DNA from: Candidatus Lustribacter sp.
GTDB lineage: Bacteria; Vulcanimicrobiota; Vulcanimicrobiia; Vulcanimicrobiales; Vulcanimicrobiaceae
Direction: 5' to 3'
Assembly (NCBI GenBank): GCA_965277805.1
Contig: OZ255842.1
Location: forward strand, 2,880,001 to 2,944,000
DNA: 64,000 nucleotides
Shown: positions 57,601-64,000 of the stretch, one piece after another
Layout: each line of letters opens with the position of its first letter
How positions within the stretch are numbered: position 1 is the stretch's first letter
The notes under the pieces: model-generated
The model's input: only the letters and a program-made list of their open reading frames with translations
Database searches by the model: none
What the model was told of the DNA's origin: nothing
Translations under genes and position numbers: made by a program

Positions 57601-57869
57601 ATTGTGGATCCGCCCTGGTTCGTGGACTGCGATGACATATAACGCAGCCCCTGAACGCCGTTGATCGCCGTTTCGAGCGGCGTGGTCACGCTGGCCTCGA
57701 CCGCTTCCGCGCTCGCGCCGGTATATTCGGCGCTCACGGTCACGGTCGGCGGCGCGATGTTCGGAAACTGCGCAATCGGCAGAAGCGGAATCGACACGAT
57801 GCCGAGCAGGAGGATAACGAGAGCACAGACCGTCGCGAAGACCGGCCGCCTCAAGAAGAAATCGATCAC
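54654..57869 (-). CDS. RND efflux permease (HAE1/AcrB family)
   Basis: FFLRRPVFA, LPIAQFPNIAPP, GLVVDDAIVVIEN, KNAILIVEFA, RLRPILMTS. GTG start chosen by family N-terminus. Confidence 0.95.
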   Translation of the reverse strand: MIDFFLRRPVFATVCALVILLLGIVSIPLLPIAQFPNIAPPTVTVSAEYTGASAEAVEASVTTPLETAINGVQGLRYMSSQSTNQGGSTITATFTLDTDLNQAANDVQNAVNLAQGVLPAEVKLTGVAVSKNNGTFVMGIGFWSTNPNLSKEQMTDYIENNVTNDLQRVPGVSGVQVFGERKYAMRLWVDPKRLADNGLTAAAVTAALSNQNIQVAAGAIGAPPTNGNQPYEYTVRSNGRLHDPAGFGDIILRTTPDGGYVRVRDVGRVELGAQDYSGSIWYNGIDSVGVGVSQLPTGNALQVSQQVQSELSRLSQKFPAGMKYAVAFDTTLFVSESIKEVVTTLLIAIALVVLVIFLFLQDWRTTLIPSLTIPISLLGTFFLMKVLGFSINTLTLFGLTLATGLVVDDAIVVIENIARFIQEKGMAPFEGAREAMAEISGAVLASSLVLLAVFVPVAFFPGTTGQLYKQFALTIACAITISLFNALTLTPVLSSIFLGNIKDEKKSRFFTPVNRAIGATRRTYHSWLPNVLRRPAITFACFAVLLAITGLFFFNTPTGFIPNEDQGYFIVSAQGPEGTSIDNSHKVQRMLESIIARQPEVLNVFDIAGFSFTGTGSNKILMFVLLKPWEQRQGSQHTLDAMLGRLAGQLYLNPMGIQAFAVNPPAIPGLGFQGGFDFELEDRGNNGLGPLLGAAYQVIGQAYAPHSGLAGVYTLFTNNSPVVNVDVDRNKAQALGVNLADVYNTMQVYLGSVYVNDFDFGGHSYRVYVQADQPYRSRLADLQNIYVAGSTTVNGVTTPSAPIPLSGLVNVQKIQAAPTITHYNQYRSISISGSAAPGYGSGQALDTMQRFAAHLPAGFAYEWSGISLEQIEGGGAAALIFALGIVFVFLVLAAQYESFADPLIILLAVPLALLGAFIGLKIRGTFDVDSGVSDVFAQVGYVMLIGLASKNAILIVEFANQLRAAGVPIREAAQRAAETRLRPILMTSIAFIFGVTPLVFASGAGSASRHSLGTVVFGGMICSSILNLFITPTLYVIIASIEDKFRPTRHGPASSDTEGTVTPSTPAPVSI

Positions 57870-57906
57870 GTTGAAGTAGACGTCGGTAAGCGGCTCAAGG
57901 TTGCTC

Positions 57907-58866
57907 TCAGCCCAGCGGTCGGGTGCGAACTTCTCCGACGATCCGGCCGGCCACGTTGCGGACGGGCGGCCGCGAATGGCCGCTGAGCCGCTCCTTCGCG
58001 GCGGCATCGAGAACGTCAAGGCGGGCGAGCAGCGCCAGGGTCGCCGGCGGGACAGCGCGCGCCGCGCCGTCGATGGTCTTGAGCACCAGCCCGGCCCCGG
58101 GTCCAAGCAACGCGCTTGCATGGACGCCTTCGGCGCCGCCCTTCGCCACGACGCGGCCGCCGGTGACGATCATGAGATCGGTATCGAAGCGGCCGCTACC
58201 GGCAACCATCAGCGGCTCGGCGGTCATCGCCGCGCGCACGGTCGCGAGCGCATCGCGATCGGCATCCCCAAAACCGCGCAACGTTGCGAAGCGCGCGAAG
58301 GTCCGCGCCGCGATTGCGAGCGTGACCGCAAACGTGGGAATGCCGCAGCCGTCGACCCCGATGCGGTCGGGCGTGAAGCGATCGCCGAAGCTGCGCTCGC
58401 AGAATTCGAGGATCTCGCGCTGCACGGGATGCGCGACGTCGAGATAGCCCGCGAACGGTTCGCCGCGCAGGCGCGCCAGCGCCAAGATGCCGGCGTGTTT
58501 GCCCGAGCAGTTATTGTAGAGCGCGCTCGGTTTGCCGCCGCACTGCAGATCGTCGATGCTCGCGCCGATCTTCGTCAGAATCGACGCAGCCGTTTCGAGG
58601 TGAACGGATTCAGCCATGTGCGATCCGCACATCAGCGCAAGTTCGGCCGGCGTCAACCCGAAGCGCTCGACCACACCGGCGCGCACGGCTGCGGCGGCGA
58701 TGAACGGCTTTGCCGACGAACGCAAAAACACGGGCACGTCGATCGTCCCGCGCTTCAGCAGAATCGCACCGGAATCGTCGCACGCGCACGCGGCGACGTC
58801 GTGGGTCGACTCGATGCGCTCGCCGCGCGTGACGTCGACCATCGGGATACCCGCAAGCTCGCTCAC
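57907..58866 (-). CDS. L-asparaginase II (Rhizobium etli AnsA type)
   Basis: RSSAKPF, CGSH, NNCSGKH, DGCG, KGGAEG. Confidence 0.9.
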   Translation of the reverse strand: MSELAGIPMVDVTRGERIESTHDVAACACDDSGAILLKRGTIDVPVFLRSSAKPFIAAAAVRAGVVERFGLTPAELALMCGSHMAESVHLETAASILTKIGASIDDLQCGGKPSALYNNCSGKHAGILALARLRGEPFAGYLDVAHPVQREILEFCERSFGDRFTPDRIGVDGCGIPTFAVTLAIAARTFARFATLRGFGDADRDALATVRAAMTAEPLMVAGSGRFDTDLMIVTGGRVVAKGGAEGVHASALLGPGAGLVLKTIDGAARAVPPATLALLARLDVLDAAAKERLSGHSRPPVRNVAGRIVGEVRTRPLG

Positions 58867-58886
58867 GGGTATCCCGCGTTCGGTGA

Positions 58887-59849
58887 CTAGACTAAGGCTG
58901 CCTCGACCACCGGGTTGTCGATTTCGGCGTAGAGCGGGCTCGAGAGATAGCGCTCACCGGTGTCGCAGCCGATCGTGACGATCGTCTTGCCGGCGAACTG
59001 CGGCCGCGCCGCAACTTGGAGCGCCGCCCAGACGTTCGCGCCCGACGAGATGCCGAGCAGCAGCCCTTCTTCACGCGCGAGCCGGCGCGACGTTGCGATC
59101 GCATCGTCGAACGACACGGTGATCACTTCGCTATAGACCTTCGTGTCGAGGACTTCAGGAACAAAGCCCGGCGCGAAGCCTTGCAACTTGTGCGGCCCGG
59201 GCTTGCCGCCCGAAAGCACGAGCGAGGTGTCGGGCTCGACCGTCATGATCGTGACGCCCGGCTTGCGCTCCTTGAGGATCTGGCCGACGCCGGTGACCGT
59301 ACCGCCGGTACCCACGCCGGCGATGAACACGTCGACCTTGCCGTCGGTATCGCGCCAGATTTCCTCGGCCGTGGTGCGGCGGTGGACTTCCGGATTGGCT
59401 GGGTTCTCGAACTGTCCGGGCATGAAGTACTTGCCCGGGTTGCTCGCGTGGATCTCCTTGGCTTTGGCGATCGCGCCCTTCATGCCGTCGGCGCCGGGCG
59501 TCAGCACGAGCTGCGCGCCGTAAGCCTTGAGGAGGCTGCGCCGCTCGAGCGTCATCGTCTCGGGCATCGTCAGGATGATCGGGTAGCCCTTGGCGGCTGC
59601 CACGAAGGCGAGCCCGATGCCGGTGTTACCGCTCGTCGGCTCGACGATCACGGTGTCGGGGCGCAGGCGGCCATCGCGCTCGGCCGCTTCGATCATCGCC
59701 ACACCGATGCGGTCTTTTACGCTGCCGGCAGGGTTGAACGACTCGAGCTTGACCAGGACGGTCCCGCCTAGCCCCTTGTTCACCCGGGAGATTTTGACAA
59801 GCGGCGTGTTGCCGACGGTGTCGATGATGCTGTCGTAAATCCGAGCCAC
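58887..59849 (-). CDS. cysK: Cysteine synthase A
   Basis: [46 protein letters not shown]. Confidence 0.96.
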   Translation of the reverse strand: MARIYDSIIDTVGNTPLVKISRVNKGLGGTVLVKLESFNPAGSVKDRIGVAMIEAAERDGRLRPDTVIVEPTSGNTGIGLAFVAAAKGYPIILTMPETMTLERRSLLKAYGAQLVLTPGADGMKGAIAKAKEIHASNPGKYFMPGQFENPANPEVHRRTTAEEIWRDTDGKVDVFIAGVGTGGTVTGVGQILKERKPGVTIMTVEPDTSLVLSGGKPGPHKLQGFAPGFVPEVLDTKVYSEVITVSFDDAIATSRRLAREEGLLLGISSGANVWAALQVAARPQFAGKTIVTIGCDTGERYLSSPLYAEIDNPVVEAALV

Positions 59850-59975
59850 GGTCGTGGATTCCTCACTTCAATGATGGAGAGCGCCTTGAGGCAGTACCGA
59901 CTTAGACTACTGGACCGGTCCAAAAGCTGCAACAGGGCGCGGCGCCTGGGGCCCGAACGTACGTTCGCTTCCACC

Positions 59976-60959
59976 GTGTTTTCGCTGACCGACAAGTCGC
60001 TCTACGTAGCGGCGCTCGACCTCTGGATCGACTCCGCCCACGAGCGCAGCCGCTGCTACGTCTCGCACGGCCATTCCGACCACGCGCGCGAGCACGGCCG
60101 GGTCGTCGCGTCCGTCAACAGCGCGCGCATTTGCCGCCACCGCTTCCGCCGCAAAACCGCGGACGACGTGATCTACGAAGAGCACGCCTTCAACGAGCCG
60201 TGGACCGAGGGCGAACACCGGCTCACGCTATTTTCCGCCGGCCACGTGCTCGGCAGTTCGCAACTGCTGATCGAAGGCGCAGACGGCACGTGCGTGTACA
60301 CGGGCGACTTCAAGCTCGCGCCGTCGTACACGTGCGAAGCGCCGGAAGTGAAGAAATGCGACGTGCTGCTGATGGAGTGCACGTTCGGCTGCCCGCAGTA
60401 CGCGTTTCCGCCGCGCGACGAAGTCGAGGCGCTCATCATAAGCTACGCGATGCACGCGCTCGCCGACGGGTACGCACCGATTTTCTACGCGTACTCGCTC
60501 GGCAAAGCGCAAGAGGCGATCGCGATTCTTACCCGCGCCGGCATACCGGTGACCGTGCACGGCGCGGTGCATGCAATGTCGCGCGTGTATGAAGAAGCCG
60601 GCGTGCAGCTCGGCCCCTACGAGATCTACGACGCCAACACGTATGACGGCTCGAGCGCGCTGGTGTGGCCGCCGCCCGGCCGCAAGCGACCCAAGGGCGC
60701 GAACAAACGCGCGTTGCGAACGGTGATGCTGACGGGCTGGGCGATGGATCCCGGCGCGTGCTACCGCTATGGCGTCGGTTCGATGATCCCGCTCTCCGAC
60801 CACGCCGACTTTCCATCACTGCTCGCCTACATCGAACGTGCCGAGCCGAAGAAAGTGTGGCTCAACCACGGCACGCCGGAGTTCGTGCACCACCTCCGCC
60901 GCCTCGGCATCAACGCCGAATACCTCGAAGCGCACAAACAACTCGCGTTGTTCGGGTAA
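59976..60959 (+). CDS. Metallo-beta-lactamase/beta-CASP nuclease (ligase-associated DNA repair exonuclease type)
   Basis: SHGHSDH, AGHVLGS, YTGD, ECTFG, YSLGKAQ, SDHAD, NHG. The ORF is open back to ATG 59871; GTG 59976 fits the family N-terminus better. Confidence 0.88.
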   Translation: MFSLTDKSLYVAALDLWIDSAHERSRCYVSHGHSDHAREHGRVVASVNSARICRHRFRRKTADDVIYEEHAFNEPWTEGEHRLTLFSAGHVLGSSQLLIEGADGTCVYTGDFKLAPSYTCEAPEVKKCDVLLMECTFGCPQYAFPPRDEVEALIISYAMHALADGYAPIFYAYSLGKAQEAIAILTRAGIPVTVHGAVHAMSRVYEEAGVQLGPYEIYDANTYDGSSALVWPPPGRKRPKGANKRALRTVMLTGWAMDPGACYRYGVGSMIPLSDHADFPSLLAYIERAEPKKVWLNHGTPEFVHHLRRLGINAEYLEAHKQLALFG

Positions 60960-60962
60960 CGC

Positions 60963-62696
60963 GTGTTAGCGTTTGCGCGGACGTGCGCGGCGATTGCTGC
61001 GACGGCAAGTAAGCTCGAGAAAGTCGCATTGCTCGCGGAGTATTTGCGCGAACTCGACGATGCGGATCTCGCGCCGGCGGCGCGGTATTTCACCGGAAAT
61101 CCGTTTGCGTCGGCCGATCAGCGTTCGCTCGGACTGGGCGGCCGGACCCTGGTGGCGGCGGCGCACGTTGCGTGGGGCGTCGGCAACGATGATTTGCGCG
61201 CGGCCTATCGCGGCACCGGCGATCTCGGCGCGGCACTCGGCCCGTTCGTGCGCCCTCCGGTCGACCTCGGGTTATTTCGCGAAACGCTGACGCCGGCCGT
61301 GCTGTTCGACTATCTCGTTGAAATTGCGGCGGCGTCGGGCAAGAGCGCGCAACGTCGCCGCCAGGTGCTGTGCGAACGCATTCTCGGCGCGTGCACCGAT
61401 CCGTTGGAAGCAACGTACGTCATCAAGATCGTCACCGGCGAGTTGCGCATCGGCTTGCGCGAAGGGCTGATCGGCGATGCGATCGCGCAGGCGTTTGCAG
61501 CGGAACCGGCAGCGGTGCGGCGCGCGGCGAGCGCGGCCGGCGATATCGGCGCGGTTGCCGTTGCCGCGAAGCACGGTACGCTCGATGCGATCGCAATCGC
61601 CTATCACGCCCCGATCGCGTTCATGCTCGCAACGCCGATCGCTTACGGCAGCGACTACAAAGACCTCGCCGCCGGAACGTGGCTCGTGGAGGACAAGTAC
61701 GATGGCTTCCGGGCACAAGCGCACGTCACGCCCGAGCGCGTCTCGCTCTTCTCACGCACGCACAACGACGTGTCCGCATCATATCCCGAAGTCGTCGCCG
61801 CGCTGCGCGCACTACCGGGATCGCTCATCCTCGACGGCGAGGTCGTCGCAATCCGCGACGGCCGCGTACTCCCGTTCCGCTATCTGCAAGCGCGGCTGCA
61901 ACGCAAAGACCCCTCCCCCGAACTCATGGCCGAAGTCCCCGTACAGTACATCGTCTTCGACGCCCTCGCCCACAACAGCGAATTCCTACTCGAAGAACCA
62001 TTGTCGGTCCGCCGGGCAATCTTAGCCGAAGCCGTCATGGTAGATGTGTCATCCCGAGCAAAGCCCGAAGGGCGTCCCGCCACCGTCGAGGTCGCCGAGT
62101 GGCTGCCCCTCGACCCGGCTCGGGGTGACATCGCCGAAATCTTCGCTGCGGCGCGCGAGCGCAGCCACGAAGGCATCATGTTCAAGCGCACCGATTCGCC
62201 CTACACGCCGGGCCGCCGCGGCAAATCGTGGCTCAAGCTCAAGCGCGAACTCGCCACGCTCGACTGCGTCGTCGTCGGCGTCGAATGGGGCCACGGCCGG
62301 CGCGCGCAAGTGCTCTCCGACTACACCTTCGCCGTCCGCGGCCCGCACGGTCTCGTGCCGATCGGCAAAGCGTTCAGCGGCCTCACCGACGCCGAGATCG
62401 CGGAAATGACGGCCTGGTTTCTCGCGCACCGCCTACCCGACGGCGACGCCGCGCGCGTCTACACCGCGCTCGGACTCGGCCGGCACGAAATCGTCGTCGA
62501 GCCGGAGATCGTAGTGGAAATCGCGTTCGACATCATCCAGCGCAGCGATCTCCACGCCAGCGGATTCTCACTGCGTTTCCCCAGAATCGTACGCCTGCGG
62601 CCCGACAAACCGGCCGCCGAGGCGGACACGTTAGCACGCGTGGTGGAAATCTACGAAGAGATGCTGACCCGCGAACGTGTTGACGCCGAACACTGA
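60963..62696 (+). CDS. ATP-dependent DNA ligase
   Basis: N-terminal DNA-binding domain (LRIG), motif I EDKYDG, LDGEV, VFDAL, EGIMFK, WLKLK, LRFPRIVRLRPDK. Confidence 0.95.
   Translation: MLAFARTCAAIAATASKLEKVALLAEYLRELDDADLAPAARYFTGNPFASADQRSLGLGGRTLVAAAHVAWGVGNDDLRAAYRGTGDLGAALGPFVRPPVDLGLFRETLTPAVLFDYLVEIAAASGKSAQRRRQVLCERILGACTDPLEATYVIKIVTGELRIGLREGLIGDAIAQAFAAEPAAVRRAASAAGDIGAVAVAAKHGTLDAIAIAYHAPIAFMLATPIAYGSDYKDLAAGTWLVEDKYDGFRAQAHVTPERVSLFSRTHNDVSASYPEVVAALRALPGSLILDGEVVAIRDGRVLPFRYLQARLQRKDPSPELMAEVPVQYIVFDALAHNSEFLLEEPLSVRRAILAEAVMVDVSSRAKPEGRPATVEVAEWLPLDPARGDIAEIFAAARERSHEGIMFKRTDSPYTPGRRGKSWLKLKRELATLDCVVVGVEWGHGRRAQVLSDYTFAVRGPHGLVPIGKAFSGLTDAEIAEMTAWFLAHRLPDGDAARVYTALGLGRHEIVVEPEIVVEIAFDIIQRSDLHASGFSLRFPRIVRLRPDKPAAEADTLARVVEIYEEMLTRERVDAEH
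62047..62130. repeat. Palindromic repeat copy inserted in frame in the DNA ligase gene
   Basis: TGTCATCCCGAGC...GTCGAGG...CCTCGAC...GCTCGGGGTGACA, 84 bp, same arm sequence as 28737-28942. Confidence 0.8.
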
Positions 62697-62711
62697 AGAC
62701 GACCGCACGCT

Positions 62712-63410
62712 ATGAGCGGCGAACCGCTACCCGCACGCTTCGCCGAATACATCGCCAGGTTCCGCGAACCCGGTGATGAGCTCTCGATGGCCCGCTATCC
62801 CGGGTTGCCGTCGAAACCGTGGTACGATCCGGCCACGATTCCGGCCGCGCGAGAACTCGAGCGTGCCGCTCCGCAGATCTCGGCGGAGTTTCGGCGGCTC
62901 TATCCGCGCGCGTTCGTGCCCGAAAACGAACCGATCAGCCGCGAAGGCGCGTGGGACGTGTTCATCCTCTACGAACGCGGCAAGCGGCACGACGACCGCT
63001 GCGCGTCATTTCCCACGGTCACGGCGATCGTCGAGGGGAACCGCACGGTGCGCAGCCTCGCCGGGCTCGTCTACTTCTCGCGCCTAGCGCCGCACACGCG
63101 CGTGGCCAGGCATTCCGGGCCGACCAACATGCGCGTGCGCGCGCATCTCGGCATCGATATCCCGCCGGACTGCGGAATCCGCGCCGGCGAAACGACGGCC
63201 ACGTGGCAGAACGGCCGCTGCCTCGTCTTCGACGATTCGTTTCCCCATGAAGTCTGGAACGAGAGCGATCGCGAGCGCATCGTGCTGGTGGTCGACCTCT
63301 GGCATCCCGATCTGAGCGACGACGAGGTGCGGCTCCTCGACGGCTTCCAGCGCTACGTGGAGCGCGCGGCAAAGGGGCTGCAGGGCTACTGGTTAGCGAA
63401 TGAACGCTAG
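62712..63410 (+). CDS. Aspartyl/asparaginyl beta-hydroxylase domain protein (2OG-Fe(II))
   Basis: FSRLAPHT..HSGPTN.R.R.HLG, W..G..LVFDDSFPHEVWN, R.VL..DLWHP. Confidence 0.9.
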   Translation: MSGEPLPARFAEYIARFREPGDELSMARYPGLPSKPWYDPATIPAARELERAAPQISAEFRRLYPRAFVPENEPISREGAWDVFILYERGKRHDDRCASFPTVTAIVEGNRTVRSLAGLVYFSRLAPHTRVARHSGPTNMRVRAHLGIDIPPDCGIRAGETTATWQNGRCLVFDDSFPHEVWNESDRERIVLVVDLWHPDLSDDEVRLLDGFQRYVERAAKGLQGYWLANER

Positions 63411-64000
63411 CGTGGACCGTTCCGCGCCGGCGCCGCTCATCGCCGTTCGTTACGCGCTGCTTTTGCTTACATCCGCGACTGCGCTGTACTATTTCCAGTG
63501 GCGCATCGGGGTGTTCAATCCGGCCCACCCGGTCTATTCGTGGATCGTCTTCGCGGCTGAGCTCATCGGCTTCGCGCGGACCTTTCTGTTTCTGCTGGTG
63601 TCCGTTCGCGTTCCAGATCGCGACGACGTGGCCACGGCGCCGCCGGGGCTCAGCGTCGACGTCTTCATTCCCACGGTTAACGAACCCGTCGACATCGTGC
63701 GGCGCACGGCGTTTGCGGCGCTTGGGCTTACGTATCCGCACGAGACCTGGATCCTCGACGATGGTGAACGCCCCGAGATGCGTGCGCTCGCCGCGGAGAT
63801 TGGTTGCCGTTATGCGGCCCGCACCGAACACAACGATACAAAGGCCGGCAATCTCAATCATGCCCTCGGGCTCGCGCAGGGCGACTTCATCGCGATCTTC
63901 GATGCCGACCACGTCGCCGATCCGCGTTTCCTCGAGCGCACGCTGGGCTATTTCAGCGACGAACGGCTCGCGTTCGTACAAACGCCGCAAGAGCTGTTCA
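63400..64000 (+). CDS. Family 2 glycosyltransferase, cellulose synthase (BcsA)-like, runs off the window end
   Basis: Own translation from ATG 63400: two TM helices, VDVFIPTVNEP, LDDG, KAGNLN, FDADH, VQTPQ. Confidence 0.88.
   Translation, partial: MNASVDRSAPAPLIAVRYALLLLTSATALYYFQWRIGVFNPAHPVYSWIVFAAELIGFARTFLFLLVSVRVPDRDDVATAPPGLSVDVFIPTVNEPVDIVRRTAFAALGLTYPHETWILDDGERPEMRALAAEIGCRYAARTEHNDTKAGNLNHALGLAQGDFIAIFDADHVADPRFLERTLGYFSDERLAFVQTPQELF

Noticed and set aside
62712-63410. AspH-like enzyme modifying the CPxGY repeats of the pilin at 38053-39270
   Set aside because: The genes are about 23 kb apart, the repeats are not true EGF hydroxylation consensus sites, and nothing in the sequence links them.

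Overview
High-GC bacterial chromosome segment with about 60 tightly packed genes and no tRNA, rRNA, CRISPR array or transposase that I can recognise. The host is diderm (TonB receptor, porin, lipoproteins). Gene style suggests Eremiobacterota/Vulcanimicrobiota, but that is an inference. Contents in order: partial panE, dienelactone hydrolase, a PAS/GAF/PP2C/RsbW-like sensor, PLP decarboxylase, RidA, fumC, a diguanylate cyclase, a complete nuoA-N operon, protease and hflX, and a split cobalamin uptake locus (btuF, riboswitch plus btuB on the opposite strand, btuDC). Then a porin with a structured leader, a minor type IV pilin cluster interrupted by a CAP lipoprotein and a GNAT, gyaR, a phosphomannomutase, a two-GTPase-domain dynamin-like protein, nagA, an ArsB-like permease, livKHMGF, tdk, an orphan RND pump, asparaginase, cysK, an MBL nuclease with an ATP-dependent ligase, an AspH-like hydroxylase and a partial GT2. 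Most notable: (1) a TGTCATCCCGAGC palindromic repeat family, with one 84-bp copy in frame inside the DNA ligase and another supplying the BtuD C-terminus; (2) a GGCACT motif exactly 9 nt before three start codons of the pilin locus; (3) the dynamin with a degenerate second G-domain; (4) the inverted riboswitch-btuB cassette; (5) two candidate structured RNAs. All calls come from reading the sequence and motifs; no database searches were run.
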